Assembly (NCBI GenBank): GCA_047495785.1
Contig: JBLDXI010000029.1
Location: forward strand, 3,658,001 to 3,722,000
Length of the DNA stretch: 64,000 bases
Reading direction: 5' to 3'
Origin: Lepidodermella squamata
Lineage: Eukaryota; Animalia; Gastrotricha
In this document: piece by piece, positions 44,501 through 56,360 of the stretch
Numbering within the stretch: the first letter of the stretch is position 1
Layout: each line of letters begins with the position of its first letter
The notes under the pieces: model-generated
Databases searched by the model: none
The model's input: only the letters and a program-made list of their open reading frames with translations
Told to the model about the DNA's origin: nothing
Position numbers and translations under genes: made by a program

Positions 44501-46572
44501 ATTTCGCGAAAATCGCCGAACCACTGATCGCACTCACAAGGAAAAGCGAAGAAAAGTTCGAGTGGAATAAGGCGACCCAAGAAGCCTTCGAGGCACTCAA
44601 GGGTTTCCTAGTAAGCCCACCAATTCTTGGCTACCCGCAATTTGAAAAACCATTCAAAATCTACTCGGACGCATCAAATTGGGCCATCGGAGCGGTACTG
44701 GCACAAGACCAGGCGGACGCCGACGGCACCATAAGAGAAGTGGTAATAGCATACGCGTCGAGACAGCTGACCAAAACCGAACGAAACTACTGCGCGACAG
44801 AACGCGAACTTCTCGGAATATATTGGGCAGTAAAGACATTCCGACCCTACATCCGAATAAATGACATCGTCTATCTTTACACCGACCACAACCCCATCGT
44901 GCAGCTGGACCAGGCGCGGGACAGCACCGGGAAAATGGCTCGGTACAAAATGCTTTTGCAAGAATACAACATTCAGTACATCTACAAACCGGGCAAGACT
45001 CATACAAATGCCGATGGGTTGTCGCGGACTCCACCGAACACGAGTGGCAAGGAAGGCGAACAAACAATACCGGCAATCCTCAGCCTTCAATTCGCGAATG
45101 AGTTAAGTACGGAAAACATTGCACGAGAGCAACAGCAGGACTCGAAAATCCAAAATCTCATAAATGACTGCAAGGCGGGACGAACTAAGATGTACACGTT
45201 CGAAAATCAGCTACTGCGATTCAAATCAAGGCGAGAAAAGGGACCGGCAGAGGTAGTAGTACTGCCGGAAACACTGATTCAATCGGCAATCAAGCAAGCC
45301 CATTTAGAGCTGGGACATTTGGGAGCCGATAAAACGTGCGAGCACCTCAAGAACCGATTCTACTTCGCAGAGATGGAAGAAAGGACAAAGCGGACAATCG
45401 ACTGCTGTGTACCATGCCAAAGGAGGAAAGAGCCGCAAGCCGATGTCGTACCCATGCAACATATAGCGGAAGCAGAGTACCCACTGCAGAAAGTATGTTG
45501 GGACGTCGCAAAACTAATCACGTCTTATAGCGGAAACAACTGCGTGCTGTTTATTGGGGACATTTTCACAAAGTATGTCAAAGGGTACCCCATGAAAAAC
45601 GAGCAAACAGCAACGATCGTACGACACTTCCTTCATTTCGTGAGCGAGCACGGTTGCATCGAGTCCATCCACAACGACCAAGGGCGGAACTTCGAGAGCC
45701 GAACCATCACGGAACTTTGCAAAGCAATCGGCATCGAAAGGACAAGGTCCACGGCGTACCACCCTCAGGGTAACGGGTTCATCGAAAGATTTAACCGAAC
45801 GGTGAAGGCCATGTTAGCCAAGGTGATCGACGAAAAGCAACGCGACTGGGATGTGCAATTACCGTGGAAGCTACAAGCCTACAACGCGGCAAAGCAAGAT
45901 TCAACAGGCTATACACCCTACTTCCTGTTCCATGGAAGGCCCTTCCGATTCCCAACGGATGTCCTCCTCCAAAACGCGCCAAAATTCCGCAGTACGGACG
46001 CGTACGCAATCGAGATAAACGAACGGTTGCGAAAGGCTTACGCCGACACAAGAGCAAATGCGGAAGCGGCCCGTACAAAACAGAAGGCACAACACGACAA
46101 AGGAAGGAAGGAGCGAGAGGGCTTTACGATCGGCGAGCTCGTCCTCCTCCACGAACCACTACGGCAGCTTCACCTGTCCAGAAAACTGCACTGCCCATAC
46201 ACCGGGCTGTATACGATTGTCGCGAAGACAGGGCCGGTGACGTATGCCATTCGGTTACTGGACGGGCGGGCACCTAGCCGAATAGTTAACCTGGCTAGAC
46301 TCAAACCGTTCAACGCGGACGAAGTCGAAACAATTCGAGAAGCCGCGGGACTCGTACCTGAGGAAATCGAAGAAGGGGAAGGGCCACCCCTAGGTATCGA
46401 GGACCCGAACGGCGAGATCATAACGGCACCGGTAACGGCAGACGCCACAGTAGAAGAAATGAGGCAGCAGTGCCCGGACGCGGGGATAGCAGAGGAACCC
46501 GAGGAGGTGGGTGGCGAGCGACCCAAACGAGCAAGGAGACAGCCTGATTTCTATCAGGCGGGGCAAGAGTAG
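41545..46572 (+). CDS. gag-pol: Intact single-ORF Gag-Pol polyprotein (1675 aa)
   Basis: Two CCHC knuckles, protease VDTGA, RT YLDD, RNase H DAS/TDH, integrase HHCC and D,D35E. Confidence 0.97.
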   Translation: MTTRAKYQEQGIPLKDGKTPPKAAKPKTNKRAVDNLKEEPLEEGTLENLLLPTENSSLTKSSPNPQEQRPSFLQAAGKFIANSLKRSSTIREDESPKVANVVNEPTINPPTPKGKKSLSSKVVKKTAMADYKIPASVTFKHIEPFDVSSVARFEESFAKFEAAARAAGAKEPAAGTDPFAEGDKRLTFGGARTMVRCLLPVQYQEDWQDSFLDQLTTYSKIRQKIMEVVGLNVNKQAQREAFVKRRQQKGETPREFQRELKRLGKWAEMTDDAGFSKLLADTFKAGLQREYRAFIYDHPDEDEPINNDDPNWLLQQCDKYDQRKQIVGEELLGIHQLSITDSEKTCYGCQQKGHIRRNCPNQRQQVARGGPPRQIRWPMNQLRTSNYRNGTTKDCCCYNCGRPGHYAKDCRASGNQDGNGRFRQPTTTPRRNPPPGQRRYFPVRMLAVNSLGDRSMTLDAQANGKTVRFVVDTGAAVSAIRADLVDPRKVAMREMAAVNADGSEATIKGQASIELAAGPFKTKQPFVVMEALNAEGLLGFDFIKDNGIIVDIPRNRLLWNHTVIPCKATQGPAALRLPMRAVRMAQEQIIPPGARSTVLCSVPMVKDGETVLFKPENSMGNEEPTLVYGHTVDTVKDGKVRVTVFNIGTNPEKIRPMTAIGCVEKVDNSQIRATRRNDTQGSGEPKVDLSSKMLTENQRRQVRNLIKRYADIFSKDDDEVGHCPFIEHKIRVSGPPFRQPLRRSTHEEREIMRREVERMERMKVIRPSNSSWASAVCLVRKKDGKYRFAIDYRVLNKRVHEAGYADPFPLPRIDDTLEALGGAAYFSTFDLQSGYWNVPMEEKSKAYSAFITPWGLFEWEVMPFGLSNAPATFQRLMQYVFHGILFEEVLIYLDDIIVFSKSFEEHMVRLEHTFERIRKAGLKMKPSKCHIAQEEVEFLGYLVSGKGVRPDPKKTAPVIDYPVPKDVSQVRSFLGVCSYYRRFIKNFAKIAEPLIALTRKSEEKFEWNKATQEAFEALKGFLVSPPILGYPQFEKPFKIYSDASNWAIGAVLAQDQADADGTIREVVIAYASRQLTKTERNYCATERELLGIYWAVKTFRPYIRINDIVYLYTDHNPIVQLDQARDSTGKMARYKMLLQEYNIQYIYKPGKTHTNADGLSRTPPNTSGKEGEQTIPAILSLQFANELSTENIAREQQQDSKIQNLINDCKAGRTKMYTFENQLLRFKSRREKGPAEVVVLPETLIQSAIKQAHLELGHLGADKTCEHLKNRFYFAEMEERTKRTIDCCVPCQRRKEPQADVVPMQHIAEAEYPLQKVCWDVAKLITSYSGNNCVLFIGDIFTKYVKGYPMKNEQTATIVRHFLHFVSEHGCIESIHNDQGRNFESRTITELCKAIGIERTRSTAYHPQGNGFIERFNRTVKAMLAKVIDEKQRDWDVQLPWKLQAYNAAKQDSTGYTPYFLFHGRPFRFPTDVLLQNAPKFRSTDAYAIEINERLRKAYADTRANAEAARTKQKAQHDKGRKEREGFTIGELVLLHEPLRQLHLSRKLHCPYTGLYTIVAKTGPVTYAIRLLDGRAPSRIVNLARLKPFNADEVETIREAAGLVPEEIEEGEGPPLGIEDPNGEIITAPVTADATVEEMRQQCPDAGIAEEPEEVGGERPKRARRQPDFYQAGQE

Positions 46573-46607
46573 CTTTTAGTCAACCCCTTAATCTTTTGTT
46601 TTATAGA

Positions 46608-49298
46608 ATGTTGAAACCTAGTAACCTAGTAATAGTATTCGCGCTCTGGCACCACGCCGAGGGTGCGGAGCTACCACCCATTTTGTTCCCTAGAGCACTA
46701 GTAAGAGGCGTGCACAAAGGGTCGTTGTTCGAATTCAAGCACACGCTGCTATTCGCGGGCGGGGAAGAAGTACCATTTCGCGAAATATGGAACGAGCCAG
46801 ATCCGTCAGTACGAGCATTCGCAGAATACTTTCTGGAAACAGAGCACCTTCTCATGCCACCACCTTTGGACGAGCTAAAGCGATGCTCATCGTTTCCGTC
46901 AACGTCAACATGCTTCAACTTGGTCGGCTTCTCCGAAAAAGAATGCATCGTCAAACGAACTAAATACCCTAAACAATGCGCACTGGGAAACCCAACGACG
47001 ACACCAAGAAAACAAAGGGTGCGACGAGCAGCTCACACGTTAGCAGAAGAGTCGGGCGAAACCGGCAACGAAACCACAATCGATCCAGAAACCCCACCAA
47101 CGCCGGCAACCGCGGTGAACGCCACATCAATAATCACAAAAGTCACCACACCAACAACAGTAACGGCCGGCGTAACAACCGGCACACAAAGGACAAGCAC
47201 GCCGAAAGCTACTGCGACCCGTAAGGTCCGAATAACGGCGAAGACAGCGACGACGCAAACCGTCACGGGCGTCGAATCGCCAACTGCGCGACGTAGTACG
47301 ACCGGAGTTCAAAGTAGCGAGGCAAAGGCGGTTACCAAGGCGCAGGGCGAGCGCGGCGGGTCCAGAACCGTCCCGGGGACCACCACGCCGAGCACGGACG
47401 CGCCAACAAAACGGAAAGGGGTCAAAAGGTCAGTTTCTTGGTTTTGCTCCAACTACTTCACAAGACTAATCTACACGGCGTTGGGTAACACCTGCGAAGA
47501 GGGAGTCGGCGAGGCAACGATGGGTACGGTACGAGAAGCCAGTGCGATAATGAAGGACGAGCAGAAAGGCATACGAATCAACGGAAAGACAAGTACCATC
47601 CTGGGAGAAGAAATCCACGACGTCGTCAACGGCCTGAAAAACAAAACAGAGGCAATGACGCAGCTGACGGATCAATTGTTTAACGACGATAAGAAATTGC
47701 AGCAATTCGCGGCGGCGCAGATGAGAGTCAATTCGCATCTCTATCACGAAATGCTAAAAATGTCACGAATGCTACGAATAACCAACATCATGCAAACAGC
47801 GTCCACTCGATCACTGAGGCTGCAAGACATACCACAGGGTTTTCGGGCGGCAATACGAAGAGACATCAAAAGAAAGGTGTCCGAGGAGAGCAAAATGTAC
47901 GAAGCGGTCGTTACCAACAAACTTCCACTACTACTAAACCCCCGGTACGAATTCACCGCAGGAGATAACAACTTACAAGCCATGCTAATGGTAGACATAC
48001 CGATTGTAGAGGGGCCGCAATGCGAAATGTACGAACTGGAGCCACTGGCAATGAAGATAAACGACACGTGTATATCGGCTACAAGACAGCATTTTCAGGA
48101 AGTTATCGCTATTAAATGTAATGGAGCCACAAAACTCGTGAACAAAATCGCGCTGGAAGAATGCGAAACCATTACGAATTGGGGAATAGTGTGCCCAACG
48201 GGGACTGGCGGATACGGCGCAAGACCAGCGTGGGCACAGGAAGATGATTCAGGAGCACCAGCGTTGCTCATCGAAACCCCGAATACTGAAAAGCAAGAAC
48301 GAACCGTATGTGACACAACGATGGGAGCTATCGAGGTCGGCGATCGAAGGTTTTTGTTAACACGGGAAATGGAATACGCGATCTTGCGACCGGAAGTCGA
48401 GCCATATCAGATGGCGTTCGAAGGACAAACCAGGCGATACAAAGGTAAACCCGGACAAATCATCCAGCTACAGTGCCAGCAGAAATTGGGGGAGCTACGA
48501 TACATCAGCGAAGACGAGGAAGGTAAACCGTACGAGCACTGGGTGGTGCAAGGAAGCAGAGCAACGCGGAGATGTTCCGACGGGGAACTCGAGGGACATG
48601 GTTTTCTCAAGATATACGACAATGAAACGGTAGAAGTAATCGGCGAGGAACAGGGATCTTTCGAAAAGCACGCGGCCGAACAAGAAGCGCGAATTTCGGA
48701 ATTACGACGACAATGGAAAGATAGTTCGTGGCTCGACAAATTGACAAAACGGGATGAAGTTATTAAGCAACTGGGAATTGAAGCGGTGGCCAACGGGCAT
48801 TCGGCAGATGAACACATCAAGAAAATGCAAGGCTATATGGCACAAATGAAGACAGAAGAGCATTTTGATTTTTGGGAAAAATGGACTATCCGGGTTGGGC
48901 TCACGGTAACATTCATCATCGCATTGGCAGATCTCTTTATAGCAATCGGACTGGCATACGGCATTCAAATGACAAATTCAGTAAGCAGGATACCGATCCG
49001 GCAACTGGAGGTTAGCAAAAAGACATTGGGGCCGGAGGAAATTGAGGCATCCGCGCCACTGCTTACAAGCCGGATACTGAACGATAACGGCAAAACAGCC
49101 AGAATTGACTATCGAAAGACCGCGAAAAATCCACACGCTGAACTAAATGCGCAAGAACTGGAGGTTTATCGGCGATTGCAATATCGCTTACCCGAAACAA
49201 GCCCGGCAGAACTAACCGGTTGGATTCTGAACATCGCAAAAACGAACGGACTGTGGAGCGATGATCAAACAATGAAAAACTTCATCTGCACGGCCTAA
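46608..49298 (+). CDS. env: Envelope glycoprotein, copy 2
   Basis: Same protein as copy 1. Confidence 0.85.
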   Translation: MLKPSNLVIVFALWHHAEGAELPPILFPRALVRGVHKGSLFEFKHTLLFAGGEEVPFREIWNEPDPSVRAFAEYFLETEHLLMPPPLDELKRCSSFPSTSTCFNLVGFSEKECIVKRTKYPKQCALGNPTTTPRKQRVRRAAHTLAEESGETGNETTIDPETPPTPATAVNATSIITKVTTPTTVTAGVTTGTQRTSTPKATATRKVRITAKTATTQTVTGVESPTARRSTTGVQSSEAKAVTKAQGERGGSRTVPGTTTPSTDAPTKRKGVKRSVSWFCSNYFTRLIYTALGNTCEEGVGEATMGTVREASAIMKDEQKGIRINGKTSTILGEEIHDVVNGLKNKTEAMTQLTDQLFNDDKKLQQFAAAQMRVNSHLYHEMLKMSRMLRITNIMQTASTRSLRLQDIPQGFRAAIRRDIKRKVSEESKMYEAVVTNKLPLLLNPRYEFTAGDNNLQAMLMVDIPIVEGPQCEMYELEPLAMKINDTCISATRQHFQEVIAIKCNGATKLVNKIALEECETITNWGIVCPTGTGGYGARPAWAQEDDSGAPALLIETPNTEKQERTVCDTTMGAIEVGDRRFLLTREMEYAILRPEVEPYQMAFEGQTRRYKGKPGQIIQLQCQQKLGELRYISEDEEGKPYEHWVVQGSRATRRCSDGELEGHGFLKIYDNETVEVIGEEQGSFEKHAAEQEARISELRRQWKDSSWLDKLTKRDEVIKQLGIEAVANGHSADEHIKKMQGYMAQMKTEEHFDFWEKWTIRVGLTVTFIIALADLFIAIGLAYGIQMTNSVSRIPIRQLEVSKKTLGPEEIEASAPLLTSRILNDNGKTARIDYRKTAKNPHAELNAQELEVYRRLQYRLPETSPAELTGWILNIAKTNGLWSDDQTMKNFICTA

Positions 49299-49834
49299 GA
49301 CACAGAGATAAGTAAGAAAATCAGCAGGAAGACATTACATCTTTTGTTTTAGTGTGCTTGGCTTGAAAATTTTGTTAAAGTATTGAAGAGATGACTCAGC
49401 GTGCGGATGTCAATAGATAATCAATAAGTGCGCTCATAAATAATGTAGCCAGCAAGCGCAAACAAATTGTCGATAATGCTTATAAGTAAGAAAGCTTAAA
49501 AGTTTAAGTTACAGTGTGGAGTAGGTAAAATTCATCCTGCCTTGTCTGGGCCCGCAGTTAAAGGTCCAAGTGTTGACGCCTAAAAATGCTATGGGGTACG
49601 TGAACTGAATTAATTCGAGTTGAAATATTAAAGTAATGAGTGAAACCTGTCATCGAGTCCAATTTTTGATGCACAAAGCTCTTCAATTTTATTTCATCAA
49701 TACTGTTCTAATACCGAGCTCACCACAGCAGTCCGAAAAATTGAGCAAATATAATACGAAGTCTTAATCCAGAAATATTCTGCTATTTTGCTATTGCGAG
49801 TCTCGTTTGTTACCAGCTCTACTTGACCGGTCCC

Positions 49835-52800
49835 CTAGATACGCTCGCATAGACCAGGTAGAGCCGAAGTTGAACCTCCATAGCAGCCTGCTCGAACAAT
49901 CTTGCCTTGATCAAGGGCAACGCCTGGAAATCAAATTGTTCAAATTCCATTTTATTTATTGTTAACACTTACAGTGTACAAACTGGTCGGGCGGATCGTC
50001 AGGCGAGAAGTCGATAAGTGAGTTGTTGAACGGCTCGCCCGTAATCCAGGAATACTCAGCCAGATTAACACGTTGAGCACCGATCCACGCTCGATAGACA
50101 GTACCAACTAAGGCCTTTGCTGCTTCGAAGGTCGCGTTATCTCGGATTATGGCCAGAGTTTTGTTGAGGCTCGCACACTCAGCTGCCTGGACGGTTTGAT
50201 TTCTCGACGTAGTGATAAGCTGAAGGTCGGATAAGGCCTGGAATATTACTTATAGTTAACAAATGTTACTGTTCTCAAGTTGCAAATTCTACTCACCGCG
50301 CCAGAACAAAGAACAGTGTTGCTGGAACCACATCGGCCATCTATGAAGCCTTCTGAATACATGCGCAAACCTATTCACAAAGAGACAAAGAAATATAAGT
50401 AATTCCATTTGTTATTTTTCAGGCCCAGTGTATTCCGTCAAAAAACGGCAGAGTAACCTGCAGGTTGGCAGAAAAGCTTGAACTCAAAGGAATTCAAGAA
50501 GCTTCCGAATAGCTGTATTTCTCTAAAATTGAAAACCCGATGGAAAAGCACACTTAAGAAATCCTTAACGGTATTGAGGGCAGAAATCGAGTATCGAGAA
50601 GAAAAACCAATTTTTCCGCTCGAAACCTGGATAAAATGCCAAACCACTCATACCCATGGTGTCTGAGTCAATTAATATTTTTGCAATTAAAAAATCAACC
50701 TTAAAATACGTTTAGCAAATTTTTTTGTTGAATTCCTTTTTAAATCGAACGATTTTGGCACTGAATTCTTTTTTGGTGGAAAACACGGTCGGCATCGACG
50801 ATTTAATCCTCGGTAACGCAGGCGATTCTAACCGAATGCAGTCTGCTGGCAGCAACATCAATAAGCTCATGAATACCGCATGAATAACTGCACGGTGCAT
50901 GTCAAATGGTCTTGTAAACGAGTGGGTGCTTATATTTCGGTAACTAAGGTAACTTCGGTAAGTGACCATTTTGATTGTTTATAAGCTCACCTCTCACAGT
51001 TTGAGTGTTCAATAAAAATTGTTTTTGTTAACATGCTTTCTTTGGCTCAAATTATTGCTTTACTAGTCTAATCCATTAAAATGGAGCCTGCTTCGTACAG
51101 TAATTCAATAATTTTGATTTCACCAGAAATTGAAAAAAACAACGGGCGGAAACACATTTTCCATTGAAGCAAAAAAAGCTAACCATGTGGGAAAGATTTT
51201 TTCTTCATGACTTTGTTCTCGCACCTAAAAACCTCTGAAACCCAGTTCCTTCCTAGCTGCTGGCTAGCCAAAATAGCCAGAAAAAAGCTGCCCGGCCCAG
51301 AGTTGGCCCCAGGTCGGGCCCGAGTCGGGTTTGGGTCCGACTTTTTCGACCCGGAGCCAACTCTGGCTCAGCAGTTTAATTATTTGTTCAATTTCTTTGG
51401 CTACCGTTCTCGGCATGTAGCCAAAACAATCATTAGCAGAAAAACAACTTACAGGAGCCAGTGCTAACCGGGTTATAGGGTCCCCAAAATGGCGAGTTCA
51501 TGTCAACGAGACTCATATCGTCCTCCCATCTGAAGCTCGCGACGAGTCCGATGAAAGCCTTAGTCGTGCCTAAAACTTGATTAGCGGCGTCTAAATCAGC
51601 CTGAGTTTTGATCGTTGCCAGTTGTCCGCCTTCGCTTCGACAAGCCAGTACTTTAGGACGGAAGGATGCAGAATCGACGGACAGAAAGTAACGGTTCAAG
51701 TCACGCAGACATGCCGCGTAATTGTCAGCAAATTTCGTCGAGTTTGAGTAGGTTTTCACCTGCATTTTAAACAAAAGTGTATGACAATATCCTGAAACGG
51801 AAGATCGTGAAAAGAAATGTACCGACAATTTTAAAAATTTTGAACGTTGTACATCCCACTTACAATTGTTGCTCCGTTCGGGCAGAGGTTGTAACATTTC
51901 TTGCCATTCGAAGTGTCGCACTGAACAGCATTCTGAAAAATTAAAATTGGACATTTTAGTATTTCAATTCAAGCTTTCTTACCCATGATAAGCACGCAGC
52001 TCTGTTTCTGTAGACACCCGTGGAAAATTCTTCGGTTTCATTAGCTAGGCAGCGGGTTCTGTTCAGTCGACAACCGGTAAATTCCCGAGTAGCAGGGTTG
52101 AAGCATCGGACGTGAGGTTTTACAGAGTCGGCAAGATCACCTGGGAAGAAGCACAACCAAGAAAATTCGGAATTAAAATTCTTGAAAAAATGCATCACTC
52201 ACTGTTGACATTACCCAGGCATGCGTCCAAGTTTGCCAATCCCGTCAATTTTTTTGTCTAATTTGAAACATATATTTTGATCAAATAGTTAATTTTTTGT
52301 CCTGTTACCGTATTGACTGGGCATGAAAACGAACTCGGCACGCAGCTAACAAACTTCTGGCTGGGATCAACGCATGAATCGAATTTGAGGTTCTATGAGA
52401 AGTTCATGTAAATAGATGAAATACAATTGATGGATGTTTTTACCGGTAATGAGCTGAAGTCTTTCGCGCAAGCCACCAAGTTTGTCTTGAATGGATATGC
52501 GCCATTGTAAGGACCACCAACCTAGACGACAAGATGAAATAAGTACAAAGTAGAAAATGCAAGAATACGTGTTGCGTAATCGTTAGCTTTTGAGTTAGCT
52601 TTGGAGGAATTCCTCCAAGGCTTTTGTGGGGTGATTAAGGGGACCCTAAGACACAATCCAGGTTGATGAGAAACAAATTATGTTGACCCCTCATTTCTGC
52701 ATCATTAGCGCCCCGAGTCCTCATTTATTTCTGCTGACTAGTATTTGATTTGTTTTCCTAAAACTTCTGCTGGACGTGCCTAAATTGCACCACGTAAACC

Positions 52801-54183
52801 AGTCGCCATTAACACTTTAACTGCCAAAATTAGACGGCACCAAATTTGGGGCCAAAGACTTCAAGGAACGCACAGAAATCAACTTGTGAAAACAGTGAAA
52901 TTTCGATTGTTGCGCCATAATCTGGGTCTAATAATTAGGTCCAATTCTTGGGTCTGCTTTTTGGCTCTAATCCAAAATTTTGACGTTTTTTCACTGTCAT
53001 TTCCAAAGACCTGCTCAGACCTTGTGTCCCTGAATTCGGTGTCAAACGAACCGCCGGGTCATGGCCTACACTTTGCCATCGGCCATTTCGCCCTACGACG
53101 CATCGTTGACCAGAAAAGAGAACTTTTCGACAGACCCAGGATTTGGATCCAAATATCGGATCTCGCAGTCTATTTTTGGCAGTTAAAGTGTTAACCAGTT
53201 TTAACTGCACTGTGGTGCTGAGCAGGAATTTCCATTTTTCATTTATTCTCATTTAATTTGACACCGGTTATAAATTAAATATTATCGTAATTTTTATTTT
53301 AATATTATTAGAAGTACCAGTCCTGATATGCCCTTGCTTCAGGACATTCCTTAGGCTTTACTCCAAAGGACCCTGCCCTGACTCTATGATCTAACCAGCT
53401 CCGGTAGATGCCAAGAACCAAGAAAACCAGTACCAAACATCATTGCATTTCGTACCAAATTATTCCAAACAGTTCCATCAAATCCCCAATTTGAAGACCC
53501 AGTATTCAACCCTAACCCTAACCCTAACCGCATTTAAAGAACGAATAACATGGTTAGGTATAGAATTAAATGAAATATGGTACCGGTGTAAAATTTTCCC
53601 TGTTATTTGTGGTAAAATTTCGATAATTTCCAGGTTTTTTAGACATTTCTGATATATTTCGGCCATTCAGCCAATCCCAAAAAAATGGCCAAAAATCATA
53701 CAGTGAAATTTTCATTTGGGCTTCCCGATTTCTTTGTAACTTTCCAGACCGACAAAATTGGCTCAGTCAAAAACAAACATTGTTGTGGTAAAATTCTCAC
53801 TATAATTTCGGTAGTTTTCCCACATCCAGGATTGCCAGGTCGGCAAGTTGCTGCGTTAGCGGAAAATCCATAACATAATCTAGCTGTCTGCGGGTGGAAA
53901 AAGATCACTAATCAAATTTCCATCGATTCAGCGTTGTAACAAACCGCTCGCAAACATGTCGTTTGGTCTGGCAGGCTGCCTCCGTACTGGTACAAAAATA
54001 GATAAGCTTCTATGTTTATTTCAAAATTACCTGATATTCGCGAAATAGAGAACAACCACTGGGTAGTTCGCGGCAATCATTGAATTTGTCGTCGAATTGC
54101 GAGAAGCAACGAACCCACGGTCCACATAGTACAAGTTGGCTAGCAGCGAAGATCGCAGCCAATATCTCGAGTATTAATTTCAT
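49835..54183 (-). CDS. Secreted Cys-repeat + C-type-lectin-like protein (paralogue B, multi-exon, introns enlarged by insertions)
   Basis: Same exon series as 14877-17351 in inverted orientation; ATG 54183, TAG 49835. Confidence 0.75.
52813..53190. mobile_element. piggyBac-like non-autonomous element
   Basis: TIR CACTTTAACTGCCAAAA; TTAA on both sides (52809-52812, 53191-53194). Confidence 0.85.
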
Positions 54184-54453
54184 TTCTTGATGATACCTAA
54201 AAGCGTGATGAGCGCTGGATTATCAATTCAAGCGATAATCAATTTGGAGAAAACATGAAATAAAATAATAAAATAAAATAATTATTATAGTATTCGGGAA
54301 AAATCTAATACTAGCGTGCGATTCAATTTATTTCTGTGTTCGGACACATTTTTGACAAGTAAACAGGGGTGAACCACGTGGATAACTTTCTCAATCTGGC
54401 ACTAGATTCATTTTTTTGAAAAGCTGGCAAAAAAATTAGATTTTTCTTATATA

Positions 54454-56083
54454 CCGTAACGGTTGTAAGACAGTTCAGCAGAACTTAGTTCAGCAACGTC
54501 AGTTTAGCAGTGATATTTGAGCAGGAGACACTTCAGCAACCGCTACTTCAGCAGACGCTATTTCAGCAGACAGCACTTTAGCAGGCGACACTTCAGCAGA
54601 ACTTAGTTCAGCAGTCGCTCTTTCAGCAAACGGCTTTTTAGCAATCGACACTTCAGCAACTTCCACTTTAGCAGCTGTACTATTCAGCAAAAGACTCTTC
54701 AGCAGAAGTCTTGTGAGCAATGATATACTTCAGCAGAAGTCATTTCAGCATACGACATTTGCTCAGTGTGAATTTGAGCAGAACATAAGTTAAGCAGACG
54801 ACAGTTCAGCAGAATAATATATTATTCGTTTAAGTGACTTTTCAGCAATTACATTTTAGCAGAAGTGTATTTCAGCAAAAGGCAGTTTGTCAGAACGACA
54901 CTTCAGCAGATTAAGAGACTCTAAACGTTAAACAGGCTCTTTACTCAATGTATGATTTGAAAAATGGTTCTGCTGAACTGTCGTCTGCATAACTTAGTTT
55001 CCGCTGAACTGTACACTTTTTTTAGGTTAATAAAATTGCTGAAGTTCTACTTGCTGAAAAGTCGTTCTGTTTAACTGTCGCAGCTCATATGACTGATTAT
55101 TTTATCAGAACTGAATCTGCTGATATAACTTCTGCTGATTTGTCGTATGTTGAAATGACTTCTGCTGAAGTATATCATTGCTCACAAGACTTCTGCTGAA
55201 GAGTCTTTTGCCGAATAGTACAGCTGCTAAAGTGGAAGTTGCTGAAGTGTCGATTGCTAAAAAGCCGTTTGCTGAAATAGCGACTGCTGAACTAAGTTCT
55301 GCTGAAGTGTCGCCTGCTAAAGTGCTGTCTGCTGAAGTAGCGGTTGCTGAAGTGTCTCCTGCTCAAATATCACTGCTAAACTGACGTTGCTGAACTAAGT
55401 TCTGCTGAACTGTCTTACAACCACCGTAACGAGTGGTAACTTAGAACAAAACGTGTTTTTCGAACATTAAAAATCAGCCATTACTCCCAAATTTTTGAAA
55501 TTTTCACCAAAGGTGGGGACGGTGATTCTTGAATTTACTCACTCAAAATTTTGAGAATTTTGAGAATTTTACCTGACTTTTGGAAAATTGAAATGTGTTC
55601 CGGTAACTTTGCACAATTAGAGGGTAATTTTGGACACTCATTTGCATATGCAATTTCATTGTGAATTATCTGTTTCAAAAGTGTCTAAAAGTGTCTAAAA
55701 GTGTCCAAAATTACCCCAATTTTCACCTGTTTTTCAGGTTAATGCCCTGCTAAAACGCGTCGACGGATTGCCATTTTTTCTTCGATTATAGGGAGGGTAT
55801 AGATAGGAGAATACTCATGCCAACTTTTTCTTGAAAACTGATCGACTTTTAAAATGATAGAAGGGGGTCCCAAAACGGCACCCAAAGTCTAACTGCTTGT
55901 AACTTTTTCTGAAGTACGATTTCAGCTCCAATCGTTTTGATTTTTATTTCAAACGAAAGCTGAAGAGACGGAGAATTTTAAGCAAAAACCTCCATGATTT
56001 AAACGTTCAACCCTGAAAAGCTAAACACGTGCAAAGCCGAAAGTGTCCAAAGTTACCGTGTCCACAATCACCACACGTTACGG
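54454..56083 (+). mobile_element. TA-flanked Tc1/mariner-pogo-like MITE, copy 1 (left TIR interrupted by a foldback element)
   Basis: TA-CCGTAACG...CGTTACGG-TA termini; inverted relative of 56361-57130. Confidence 0.75.
54461..55422. mobile_element. Foldback/Phantom-like non-autonomous element with TIRs built from ~15-bp TTCAGCA repeats
   Basis: GGTTGTAAGACAGTTCAGCAG termini; ~300 bp near-perfect inverted arms; 8 bp TSD ACCGTAAC (54453-54460, 55423-55430). Confidence 0.9.
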
Positions 56084-56360
56084 TATAGGGAAACAGATCA
56101 CTATTTTCAATTTAACTGAACTACTGCCTAAAAAGTACAAACGAAGACGGTTTCATTCATGTTTGGAAACCTTGGAAACCTGTTCACGAGTTTTAGAACC
56201 TTCAAGATTTTTTGAAGAATTTTCCAATTTTTGAAAAATAGTTGTTCAATTTTGAAAAAATTTCAAATTTCCGGACTCCAGAAATTTTACGAAAATTATT
56301 ATTAAACTATTTCATGAGTAGTATATTTTTCTTCCGTAACTTATAGTCGGATGTAGCCTA

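Larger units (their letters stand above)
41118..49518 (+). mobile_element. Tandem copy 2 of the Gypsy element, 3'-truncated before ORF3 (no 3' LTR)
   Basis: Matches copy 1 until GTTACAGTGTG (equivalent to 40111), then switches to host flank. Confidence 0.95.

Noticed and set aside
53508-53529. (TAACCC)3 telomere-like repeat
   Set aside because: Too short, intronic, probably part of a TE remnant
54499-55384. Two mirrored 'SAEV' repeat ORFs
   Set aside because: Translations of the 15-bp repeats in the foldback arms
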